64,000 bases of DNA from the human T2T-CHM13v2.0 reference genome, Homo sapiens. Positions 26,190 to 54,603 of the stretch are shown in pieces. Position numbers and translations under genes: made by a program. The stretch is from NCBI RefSeq assembly GCF_009914755.1, contig NC_060925.1. The stretch is one strand, 5' to 3'. Every line of letters starts with the position of its first letter. Position 1 is the stretch's first letter. The notes under the pieces were generated by a model. The model searched no databases. It worked only from the letters and a program-made list of their open reading frames with translations, and was not told where the DNA came from.

Positions 26190-27198
26190 TGATCTGCACA
26201 CCCTCGGCCTCCCCAAAGTGCTGGAATTACAAGTGTGAGCCACTGTGCCCAGCCAACTATTTTTTTTTTAAATGAGTGAGTCAGCAAGGCAAGAGCATTG
26301 GGTTGAGAAGGGGGCTGCTTACAGGCTGTGACTTGCAGTCCTCTGGTCCAGGCCCTTGGGATTCCTGGGAGATCTCACAGGACATTATAAGAAAGCTCAC
26401 TGGGCCAGGTGCAGTGGCTCACGCCTGTAATCCCAGCACTTTGGGAGGCCAAGGCGGGCGGATCACGAGGTCAGGAGATCGAGGCCATCCTGGCTAACAC
26501 GGTGAAACCCCGTCTCTTCTAAAAATACAAAAAAATTAGCTGGGCGCAGTGGCGGGCGCCTGTAGTCCCAGCTACTCAGGAGGCTGAAGCAGGAGAATGG
26601 CATGAACCTAGGAGGCGGAGCTTGCAGTGAGCCGAGATAGAGATAGCGCCACTGCAGTCTGGCCTAGGCGAAAGAGCGAGACTCTGTCTCAAAAAAAAAA
26701 AGAAAGCTCACCGGTCCTAGCATTTCATTCACATGCTCACTAGGGCCTCTCTGTGCCAGGCCTTGCGGCATGCTCTGAGGACACAGGGATGGATTAGATC
26801 CTCCCGCTCAAGGGCTCTCAGCCTAGTGAGGTATACAGATGGGAAATAAATAGATGACCAGCATTGGGGAATGTGGACTAGTAGCAGGAGATGCAGGGAA
26901 CAGTTAAAGGATGCCAAATGGGCCAGGCACGGTGGCTCATTGCCTGTATCCTAGCACTTTGGGAGGCCAAGGCAGGCAGATCACGTGAGGTCAGCAGTTT
27001 GAGACCAGCCTGGGCAACATGGCGAAACCCCGTCTCTACAAAAAATACAGAAAAATTAGCCGGGCGTGGTGGCAGGTGCCTATAGTTCTGAGGCAGGAGA
27101 ATCACTTGAACCCAGGAGGTGGAGGTTGCAGTGAGCCGAGCGCCACTGCACTCCAGCCTGGGCGGCAGAGTGAGACTCTGTCTCAAAAAAAAAAAAAA

Positions 27199-27429
27199 CA
27201 CTCATAGGTTGGAATTGAACAATGAGAACACTTGGACACAAGGTGGGGAACATCATACACCAGGACCTGTGGTGGGGTGGGGTGGGGGAGGGATAACATT
27301 AAGAGAAATACCTAATGTAAATGACGAGTTAATGGGTGCAGCACACCAATGTGGCACATGTATACATATGTAACAAACCTGCATGTTGTACACATGTACC
27401 CTAGAACTTAAAGTTTTTTTAAAAAAATA
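27199..27429 (+). mobile_element. 5'-truncated L1PA 3' end
   Basis: CACTCATAGG-TGGAATTGAACAATGAGAACAC...TACCTAATGTAAATGACGAGTTAATGGGTGCAGCACACCAA...TGTACCCTAGAACTTAAAG is the primate L1 3' UTR. Confidence 0.92.
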
Positions 27430-27896
27430 AAAGGATGTCAAACTCTAGGGAGTTTGAGAAAGGCTTTGTGGAGGAACCTGGGTTTTGAAAGATGATGAAG
27501 AGCTTACCAGAAGGATTAGGCTTTGGGAAGGGCAATCCAATTGGAGGGAGCAGCTTAGGGAGAGACGTGAAGCAGTACAGAGTGCTGGAGGAACGAGAAA
27601 CAGCATGAGCTGTGTGGTGAGGGTTGTGGGAAGCCACACAAGACCTCAGAGGCCATGTCAAATCCTTGGGGCCTTGACCCCAAGGGCACTAGGAAGCCTT
27701 CAAAAGGTTTTAAGCAGGACCAGGCGCTGTGGCTGACGCCTGTAATCCCAGCACTTTGAGAGACTGAGGTGGACAGATCACCTGACGTCAAGAATTCGAG
27801 ACTAGCCTGGCCAACATGGTGAAACTCCATCTCTACTAAAAATACAAAAATTAGCTGGGCATGGTGGCAGATGCCTGTAATCCCAGCTACTCTTCA

Positions 27897-27992
<96 letters not shown>

Positions 27993-28368
27993 TCATTCTC
28001 AAAAAAAAAAGCCCACAAAGAGTTTTAAGCAGAGGGTGGTCAGGCTGAGCTTAGTATTTTACAAAGACCACTCAGACAACTGTGTGGTGGACCACTTGGA
28101 GGCAAGAGGTGAGACCAGATGAAGCAAAGGGACCCAGAGAGGAAGAAGGGTTCTCTCAACAGTCTCTTAGTAATTAATGTCAGCCCTAGACCACCTAACT
28201 CACAGTACAGTGAATTCCTCATGATTCTTACCCCATTTTACAGAGGAGGCAACTGAAACCCAGAAAAGGAAAGTCAGCGTGTCTAAGTGATAGAAATGGG
28301 AGTAGAGCCCTGGTGATTCCCTCCTGCCCATTCTTCTGGTATCCCTTTTGTGGGTGAGCTGGGGATAA

Positions 28369-28650
<282 letters not shown>

Positions 28651-28769
28651 TAGCACAAGGACAGCCATATAAATTGTCACTTAATAACTGCAGCTCGGCC
28701 GGGCATGGTGGCTCACGCCTGTAATCCCAGCACTTTGGGAGACCAAGGCAGACAGATCACCTGAGGTCA

Positions 28770-29105
<336 letters not shown>

Positions 29106-30359
29106 TCATTTGTTACTGTGTGCCAGGCATGTCGTTAAGCACTCTCCATGTACCTTCCTACTCAGCCTTACCCTGAACCTTGTACGTGAAAGATATGCTA
29201 GGGTTATCTCTGTTTTTAGATACTGAAATCAGCTAAGAGAGTTTAACTTGTTAAAGGGTGCCTTCTTGGGAAACTTGAGAACCTAATGGTAATGACTCAT
29301 GACTTAGCTATGGAAAGGGCTGCTCAAAATTATCTAAACTAGTGATCTCTATTTTTTTTTAAATTTCACTATGAAATCCCCTCCCCCCCTTTTTTAAAAA
29401 AAACAATCAGAGGCCAAAATCCAATATATGGGACATCCTGGCACTGCTCTGTTTGGAGGAGTTAGAACCCCCTTCACTTCCTGCTCACCCCCGCTGTAAC
29501 TCCTAAAGGATCCCCTTGAAACCTGGGGCTCTAAGGAACACAGCATGAGAAATCACTGACCTAGACTGATGTCTTCATTTCACAGTTGAGACATCCAAGC
29601 CCCAGAGAGGAAAGGGACTTGACCAAAGTATTGCAGCCTGTTAGGTGCAGAGCTGAGCCTGATATCCTGGTCTCTTGGCCTCCCATTTCCTACCACTTCT
29701 CCTGTCCTGTAAGCAGCTCTTGAGATTTAGGTACCTTGGCCCCTGTGGAATCAAAATCCCTAGACACTGTGCACTCTTTTGAACTCATCAGAGATTTTTT
29801 TTTAGTCCCTACGTTCTACCTTGCTGTTGAGAGTGAGCTGTTGCCATGTCCCTTGGCAGCTTCCAGCCTAGCTAGGGATGTACCTATGAAGTAGTAGGTA
29901 ATTCAGGCTGTAGAGTCTGTAATAACTTTCCATGCCTATGTCATAGGATTCTAATTTGTTCAGGCCCAGCAATACCCAGGAGATGACATTAAAAGGTGTT
30001 GATTTTATTGAGGGTCAGTGGATGAGGGAGAAAAAGTTTTCAAAAATTAAAAAAAATTTTTTTAAAGGTGTTGACTTTAGACCACAAAAAGAGTTTGAGA
30101 GAGCAAGCAGAACCTGTCAAGAAAGACTTCCTAGGGGAGGTAGAAGTTGAACAGGATCTTAGATGACTTACATCAGAAGCAGCAGTCCTATCAGGAGGAA
30201 TACCACAAGCAAAGGCAGATGAGGTGGCAAAGTCCACATCCAACCCCAGAAAGTCTTCTTCCCCACCCATGTCTGCATGGGGCCCCAGGAGGCTGTCCCC
30301 TTCACTGGCCCACCCAGAACCCCCATCCAGGAGGAAGATTTCTGGAGCACACCTTTTAG

Positions 30360-30626
<267 letters not shown>

Positions 30627-30860
30627 GCCCTGGGGTCACCTCAGGGACAGCGTCCAGGCTTCAGCCAAGGGCTCCCTGGCAAGGGGCTGTTGGGTAGAAG
30701 TGGTGGTGGGGGGGACAAAAGACAAAAAAATCCACCAGAGCTTTGTATTTTTGTTACGTACTGTTTCTTTGATAATTGATGTGATAAGGAAAAAAGTCCT
30801 ATTTTTATACTCCCAACAAGCCTGTGTCCTGTGGTTCTTTTCCTTCGTGTGTGTGAGACC
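30627..30860 (+). terminator. TMEM39B: TMEM39B short 3' UTR and likely non-canonical cleavage/polyadenylation region (cleavage about 30810-30820)
   Basis: TGTA at 30744 with U-rich upstream sequence, A-rich GATAAGGAAAAAAG at 30783-30796, and a GU-rich downstream tract at 30823-30855. No AATAAA or ATTAAA. Confidence 0.5.
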
Positions 30861-31188
30861 TATTACAGAGGTGTGGGATTCTGGTTTAGGAAGCCCCAAC
30901 ATGTGGCTTCTGAAGCCTCTGTGGGTACTGCCTTCTTCAGTAGAGAGGAGATGAGAAGGCACTGGAGGCCACGGGAGCAGTGATAGCTACTGCGAACTGA
31001 ATGCTCACTGTGTGCCAGATGCTGCTCTGTGTGTATTTCAGGCCTTGCCTTAATCTAACTTTTATGACAACCCTAGGAGGAAAGTGCTATCACTCCAATG
31101 GATGAAGAACTGGAGCTCAGAGAGTTATAGTGACTTGCCCGTAGTAACACAGCTAGGAAGTGGTAGAGCTGGACATAAAACCTCTGAA

Positions 31189-35802
<4,614 letters not shown>

Positions 35803-35879
35803 TTAACTTTCTTAGGTATCCCTTCCAGTCTCCTCCCAACCACTCCTTTCCTATTTCATTTCCACTCCCCACCTTTAGT

Positions 35880-36660
35880 AGCTGCGGTCTCTTTAAGTGC
35901 GCACTTTCGGTGTAATGATAGGCGATTGGGCCAATAAAGCGTTTCGTCCTGGAGTTAACTGGTTTGTCCCTTTCGGGCTGCCGTCCTACAGATCCGCCAT
36001 ATTGTCTACTGAAAGCTGCCGCTGAAGCTGCCGCCGTTGCCTCCGCCGCCAAGAGTGAGCGAGCGGACCCGCGATGGGTGAGTGAGGAAACCACGCAGTA
36101 GGGTTCTTGGGCTCAGGGAGTGTCGGGGCCTGGGATTTGGCGAGAGCCTGTCTCCGGTCTGCGGAAGATGTCTGCATCCCCTCTAGCTAGGTCTGAGGGG
36201 AAAAGTCAGGCCGGGAGTGCCCCTCTTGCCAGTTTTGGGCCGAGCTAGGGCCCGTGCTGGAAGCAGTCCTTTGGTGCTGGTTTCGGGGACACCTTGGCAC
36301 GCCTGGAGCCCCCCACATGGTGGCCTCGGGCAGGAGCCCACGTGTTCCTGGGAGGTAGAAAGGGGCCTACTCTCTGTCCTGCGCCCAGACTGGGGCTGGG
36401 GGACGGGCTCCCGGCGGCAGGCCTGGGCGGCGCTAAGGTAGCTTTCTCCTGGGTTGTGTTTGGCCAACGCGTGTCTTGACTAGATTCAGTGGCTCCCCTG
36501 AACTCAGGGAAGTCCTACCTACGTAGCGAGGTGGAGTCCTCTAGTGAGGGGACGTCAGGCGAGCCAGCACTAGGCCGGTAAGCATGGGCAGCCAGGCCGA
36601 GGGCAGCTTGCGCCGCTGAAGGCCGGGAGAACGGAATCAAGGCGGAAATAGTGTGGTTCG
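35880..36660. promoter_or_regulatory. KPNA6: CpG island / promoter of KPNA6 (boundaries approximate)
   Basis: CpG-rich; paired CCAAT boxes ATTGGGCCAAT at 35925-35935; YY1-type CCGCCATATT at 35994-36003; followed by a GCC-rich 5' UTR. Confidence 0.8.
36074..36077 (+). CDS. KPNA6: KPNA6 (importin subunit alpha-7) exon 1, coding part ATG G; intron 1 extends past the window end
   Basis: gcgATGG|gtgagt (Kozak context plus consensus donor). Identity rests on the known gene order TMEM39B then KPNA6 and the KPNA6 N-terminus M-E-T-M-A. I found no downstream KPNA6 exon in the window. Confidence 0.8.
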
Positions 36661-37998
36661 GTTGGGCTCAGAGTGGCATCGCTTGTGATGGTAGAACACC
36701 AAAGGCCAAGTCCTCTTGGCCATCTTTAGGTTGAGGACTTTAGGTTTCTGGGCTGGCCCTGGTAAGGAGAAAAGGAGCGACCTGTTGATCTTTCTGAGGG
36801 GACTCCGGCTGGCAAGGCCTCTGTTCAGAGAGAATACCATGGCGAAGTCTTTGGATTTAGAGACAGAACCAACAGTGGTAATTCCTCTAAAGCAGTAAAA
36901 ATTGTGAAATTTGCTAAGCTCTTTCTACGTACGGGCATTGTTCTGATTGCTTTACATGTCTTGTTTTACTTAATTTGTACAACCTAAGGAAATAGATGCT
37001 ACCATTGCCATTTTACAGATGTGGAAGCTGAGCTTTAGAGAGGTAAAGTAACTTACCCAAGGTCATGCAGTGGCTAAGCCAGGGTGAACACTCCCAAGCC
37101 TAGTTTGTAACTGCTGTTTGTTGTTGTTGTTGATAGAGTCTTGCTCTGTCGCCCAGGCTGGAGTGCAGTGACGCGATCTCGGCTCACTGCAACCTCCTGC
37201 CTCCCGGGTTCAAGCGATTCTCCTGCCTCAGCCTCCCGAGTAGCTGGGATTACAGGCACCCACCACCACGCCCGGCTGATTTTTGTGTGTTTTTGGTAGA
37301 GACAGGGTTTCGTCATGTTGGCCAGGCTGGTCTCGAACCCCTGACCTCAAGTGATTCGCCTGCCTCGGCCTCCCAAAGTGCTGGGATTACAGGTGTGAGC
37401 CACTGCGTCCAGCCTGTTTTTTTGTTTTGTTTTTTTTTTTAAATGACCTGGCCCTCTAGTGGTTGGGCAGGGAGAAAAGGGGAAAAAAGCTTTTAACCCT
37501 AGGCAAAGTTGTAAATGTGTTTGGGTTTTCTGTTTGTTTATTTTGTTTTGTTTTGCTTTTTGTTTTTGCATGTGGGCCCATTATGAAATCTTTTTTTTTT
37601 TTTTGAGACGGAGTCTGGCTCTGTTGCCCAGGCTGGAGTGCATTGGCGCGATCTCGGCTCACTGCAACTACCACCTTCCCGGGTTCACGCCATTCTCCTG
37701 CCTCAGCCTCCCGAGTAGTTGGGACTACAGGTGCCCGCCACCACGCCTGGATAATTTTTTTTGTATTTTTTTGTATTTTTAGTGGAGACGGGGTTTCACC
37801 GTGTTAGCCAGGATGGTCTTGATCTCCTGACCTCGTGATCCTCCCGCCTCGCCTTCCAAAGTGCTGAGATTACAAGCGTGAGCCACCATGCCCGGCCACT
37901 TTGAAATCCTTTTTCTGAACGAAACTGAAGGAGTCCAGAGTGAATTGATAACTCTAATTATTGTGTGTGGGGCAAGCAAAATGAGAATCTGGAATTGA

Positions 37999-38329
<331 letters not shown>

Positions 38330-38620
38330 TGAGATTCTAAGGAAGCAGAAATTATTCACTTGAGCTTCAAGGCAATGACTGTAGAATCAGATCTGGTATT
38401 GGAAGTCACTTAAATGTCAGACACAACAACACATATGGAAAGCATCTAGCACAGTCCACAATAATGTTTTTCTTCCTTTCTGAGCCTTCCTTTTCTGACC
38501 TCTAGAAAGAAGGGGTGGGGCTGTGTTATCAAGATATTTGGGGACTAAATAAGATAACAGCATTTGGGCTGGGCAAGGTGGCTCAGGCCTATAATCCCAT
38601 AGGCCGAGGCGGGTGGATCA

Positions 38621-39100
<480 letters not shown>

Positions 39101-39914
39101 TCAAAGGGAAGGAACTAATGTTTAATAAGCTCAGTGAAATAAGTAGAGATTTACTCAGTTTTATAGATTGGGAAACTGTCTCGGAGAAGATAACACAGCC
39201 AGTAAGCCACAAAGCCAGGAGTAAGATTCTTACCCATTTTGCAGCACATAAATCTATAAGACTTAAGAAGTTAAGAAATAAAGTTAGTCCTATTCTGGTA
39301 CAGTTCAACATGAAAGTTCTTCAGTGGAGCAACAAACCCTGACCAAGGTCTTGAAGGGGGTTTTTAGCCTAGAGTCAGGTAACTTCCTCTTTCCAGCTCC
39401 ATCTCAGGTACCTCTCCCTCATCGTAGCTTGTCTTTATGAATGTCAGCTTTTTGTTTGTTGTAGACCAAACTAATGCATTCATTTAATTCTAACATCTAA
39501 TCTAAGGTATCTTGGGTTATCTCCATTTACACTTATAAACTGAGGCTTTGAGAAGATTAGGTGACTAGTCCAAGGCTGGTATTCTGGATCCTTTGGGCAC
39601 TGGAGACACTAACACAGCCTGCCTTCACATGCCCACAAGTACGGAACCTGCCGTATTTCACTGCCTCTTAAGTGTACTCTCAGTCTGTATCCTACTAGCT
39701 CAGTCGTATATCCTACACTATTTCTACTATGCCAAACTTCATTACCCTTAACAGACCTTTGCAGTGATTTCCCTGCCACTAGGTGCCCTGTAGGGGTGAT
39801 ATTTGTAGCTCTGGAGATTGCTTTATTCTGACCCTCTAGCAGAGACTACAACCTCATGAGTCTTGGCAGACACTACTTGTCTTTTCACCATTACTACTAC
39901 TGTGCTAACTGGGA

Positions 39915-40185
39915 ATCTGGCCACCCTTCCTTACCCCAAGGGGTGGGTCTTGATATAAACTCTAAACCAATCATTGTAACTCTAGCTCCCTAGACAGTGA
40001 TTGATTTAGGCATGGGCATATGATGCAGTTCTTGCTAATTAGATGGGAAGGGAAGCCTGGGGAACTTGTGGAGAAGCCTTCCTTATTTAAAAGAGACTTG
40101 CCAGCTTTTATTTTATTATTTTTTGCCAGTTTGTATTTTAACCCAGGTTGCACCAAAATGTGTGAACCACAAACAAAGACAGAGA
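39915..40185. mobile_element. Old ERVL-class LTR fragment (LTR16/LTR33-like)
   Basis: AAACCAATCA...GTGATTGATTTAGGCATGGGCATATGATGCAGTTCTTGCTAATTAGATG resembles these LTR families; subfamily not certain. Confidence 0.4.
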
Positions 40186-40258
40186 TGGGAAAGCTATAAT
40201 AATAATAATACCCAACACTTGTATAGAACTTGCTATGTGCTAGGTACTCTTCTAAGTA

Positions 40259-45641
<5,383 letters not shown>

Positions 45642-46032
45642 TTATATATTCATTTAATTCTCAGATTCTCATGTTTTAGTTGAGAAAACCAAAGGATGGA
45701 GAGGTTTCAGTAACTTGGGCAAATTCATAGCTAATACATGGAAGAGACGCTTACTCAGTATGATTCTAATCAAAATATGGGCTGTTTGTACATAAGCATT
45801 CCTGAAGTAGCTAAAGCAATCTCTTCCCCACCCATCTTTTCCTATAGAAATCTCACCTGTTTTTCTTTTCTTTTTTTTAATTTGATATGGAGTTTCGCTC
45901 TTGTTGCCCAGGCTGGAGTGCAGTGGCACAATCTCCGCTCACCGCAACCTCTGCCTCCCAGTTCAAACTATTCTCCTGCCTCAGCCTCCTGAGTAACTGG
46001 GATTACAGGCATGCACCACCATGCCCAGCTAA

Positions 46033-46221
<189 letters not shown>

Positions 46222-46941
46222 TGAAGTACTTTATGCCTTCCAGTTTGGAAATGAACTCTCCTAAATTCTATAGCACTTTGTTCTTACTTTTTTTTTTTTT
46301 AAATGGAGTCTCGCTTTTTCTCCCAGGCTGGGGTGCAGTGGTGTGCGCTTTTCACATCCTTTTTTCTATTACAGTTGTTTTATTCCATGTTATTAGTTTT
46401 TTGACCAGTTACTTACTCTACATAGCCTCATTTTCTTATCTTTAAAATAGGTATAGGTTAGGTGCGGTAGCTCACACTTGTATTCCTAGCACTTTGGGAG
46501 GCTCAGGAAGGAGGATTGGTTGAGGCAAGGAGTTCCAGACCAGTCTGGGCAACATGGCAAAACCCCTGTCTCTACAAAAAAAAAATTAGTTGGGCGTGGT
46601 GGGATGTGCCTGTACTCCCAGCTACATGGGAAGCTGAGACAGAAGGATCGTTTGAACCTAGGAGTTTGAGGTTGCAGTGAGTTATATGATCTCACCATTG
46701 TACTCTAGCCTAGGTGACAGAGCAAGACCTTGTCTTTAAAAAATAAAAATGAAATAAAATAGAGATAATAGGATTGTTACAGGAATTAAATGAGGTAATG
46801 CCTGTAAAGCATTTTAGCTCGGTGCTTAGCACATAGTAAGTACTCAATAAGTGATAATTAATAGCTGTTAATCACTTAGTAAACAAAGTACTTTCTATGT
46901 GTCAAGCCATATATATGTGTGTGTGTGTGTGTGTGTATACA

Positions 46942-46974
<33 letters not shown>

Positions 46975-47540
46975 GAGAGAGAGTCTCACTTTGTCACCCT
47001 GGCTGGAGTGCAGTGGCCTATCTCAGCTCACTGCAACCTCCACCTCCTGGGTTCAAGCGATTCTCCTGCTTCAGCCTACTGAGTAGCTGGGATTACAGGC
47101 ATCCACAACCACGCCTGGCTAATTTTTGTATTTTTAGTAGAGGTGGGGTTTCACCATGTTGACCAGGCTGGTCTCAAACTCCTGACCTCAGGTTATCCGC
47201 CTGCCTCGGCCTCCCAAAGTGCTGGGATTACAGGCTTGAGCCACCACACCCAGCCAGGCCCTACATTAAATATAAAGTTAAATTTACTAGTCTTTGTCTT
47301 TGAGTGGAGGACAGGAACATATTGTGAATACTTGTCAGAAACTCATACTTTTAGGACCAGGCAGACAGCAGTTAATTTCAGCAAATGATTATTAAGTGCC
47401 CACTATGTGCAAGGGACTTTTCTAGGCCCTGGAAATACAGTGGTTAACAAAACAGACAAAACCTCTTTCTGGTGAAGTCCCAGATTTTATATTCTAGTGA
47501 ATAATTTTATGAAATAAACCAAAGGGAGACTGTTAGATGA

Positions 47541-47888
<348 letters not shown>

Positions 47889-48097
47889 TGACCTCGTGAT
47901 TCACCTGCCTCAGCCTCCCAAAGTGCTGGGATTACAGGTGTGAGCCACCACGCCCGGCCTGGATTTTTAAATAATACTTACTGCTTTGTAAAGGTTACAA
48001 GCTAACTTTCAAAATCTGAAAACATTAACAAAAGATATTTGAGGCCAAATATAGCCTGAGAATTGTCTGTCTTATTTGTAAATGTTACTTCAATTAA

Positions 48098-48487
<390 letters not shown>

Positions 48488-48490
48488 TAA

Positions 48491-48710
<220 letters not shown>

Positions 48711-49750
48711 TGAACACCTGACCTCAGGTGATCCTCCCTCTTTGGCCTCCCACAGTAGTGCTGGGATTACCACCACACCCAGACGGAGTTCCTTCTTTTT
48801 TTTTTTTTTTTTGACAGAGTCTTGCTCTGTCACCCAGGCTGGAGAGCAGTGGCGCGATCACAGCTCACTGCAACCTTTATCTCCTGAGTTCAAGCGTTCA
48901 AGCGACTCTCCTGCCTCAGCCTCCTGAGTAACTGAGATTACAGGCATGTGCCACCATGCCCAGCTAATTTTTGTATTTTTAGTAGAGATGGGGTTTCAGC
49001 ATATTGTCCAGGCTGGTCTGGAATTCCTGACCTCAAGTGATCTGCCTCCCTCGGCCTCCCAGAGTGATTACAAGCGTAAGCTACTGCTCCTGGCCGTACC
49101 TAGGAGCTCTTTGAGTAATGTGGTAGTCCTGGCAGGAGATGATGGCAGCAGCTGAGATGGTAATGGTAGGGAATAAGAGAGTTAGGAATTTGAATCATCA
49201 GGACTTGGTTATTGATTTCATCTGGTGGCTGAAGCCAAGGGGAAAAAAAATTAAGCATGACTCCTATGCCTGTTGCTTTGAGAGCAGAGTGGATAGTGAT
49301 GCTGAATTTAAATTTGTGCATTTTGAGGATTCTCTGACCTCCAGGGAAGTTGTTCAAAAATCAGTTGAATGTAGAAGTCTGGAGCTCAAGAGTGAGGCCT
49401 GGGAATGGAGATAGAGGTTTGATCATCTATTTATCTCTATACATGGCAACTAAAACTATGGAGTGATTCATCAACACTCAGGAAAAATGTGATGAGAGCT
49501 GGGCTAAAAAGCTGGCCAAGGTAGATCAGCTGTGATGTGCAGAAAGGAAGGAAACATCAGTCAGAATTAAAAGAAAACAAGGAGTGCTTGGTGTCTTAAA
49601 AGCCAAGAGAAAGAGGCCAGGTGTGGTGGCTCACACCTGTAATCCCAGCACTTAGGGAGGCTGAGATGGGTGGATCACCTGAGGTCAGGAGTTCGAGATC
49701 AGCCTGGCCAACATGGTGAAACCCCAGATCTACTAAAAATACAAAAGTTA

Positions 49751-50184
<434 letters not shown>

Positions 50185-50718
50185 CTAGATTTTGTCTCAA
50201 AAAACAAAATGTGAAACAAAACGAAAAAAAAGCCAAGAGAAAGAGAGTATTTCAAAAATAAGGAAGTGGTTGTCAGAATTGAGTGCTGCCAAGAGAACAA
50301 GCAAAAAAAAAAAAAAAGACTGAAAATGTCTAGTGAATTTAGCATCATGTACTTGGTAAGTGGCCTGTGCAAAGACGGTTTTGATGGCATGGAAGTGCTA
50401 AGTAAGCTAAGAAATGAGAGAGGAGAGGCCTGGCACAGTGGCTGATGCCTGTAATTCTAGCACTTTGGGAGGCTCAGGTGGGAGGATCACTTGAGGTCAG
50501 CAGTTTGAGACCAGCATGTGCAACTTAGCGAGACCCTTTCTCATTTTTAAAGAAAAAAGGAGAGAGAAGAGGCAAGCTGTTTTAAGAAGTTTGGGTGGGC
50601 CGGGTGCAGTGGCTCATGCCTGTAATCCTAGTACTTTGGGAGGCCGAGGCAGGCAAATCACCTGAGGCCAGGAGTTGGAGACCAGCCTAACCAACACAGA
50701 GAAACCCCCTCTCTACTA

Positions 50719-50940
<222 letters not shown>

Positions 50941-51154
50941 TTATAATGTCTAGGCAAGAGATTATGAAGACCTAAATTCGTGCAATGGCAGTAGGAATGG
51001 AGAAAAAGACACAGAGTCCAGAAATAATTAGGAAATAAAGCTGGCCATTCTTTCTGATTGGATGTGATTGGATGTGGGGTGGGAGTTAAGGGAAACAGAA
51101 CTGTCAAAGATTATTCCCATGTTTCTGGGTTGAAAAACTTTGAAGGTATTGGTA

Positions 51155-54157
<3,003 letters not shown>

Positions 54158-54327
54158 TGAATTAAGAGAAATATATAAGGAACCGGTTTATGGAGAAGAA
54201 GATGCTTCCCCACCCCCCCACCCCCCATTTGAGGTACTTACAGACATGATTGGAAGGAACCCATGTTCCCTCTAGGTGTTAGGTATAGATTGCAGAAGTC
54301 ATCAGCATTTGTTTGTTTATTTTTTGA

Positions 54328-54603
<276 letters not shown>

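Noticed and set aside
36835-36850. ACCATGGCGA as the possible start of KPNA6 exon 2
   Set aside because: It continues as MAKSLDLE rather than the importin-alpha MASPGKDNYRMK I recall, and has no acceptor; exon 2 lies outside the window.
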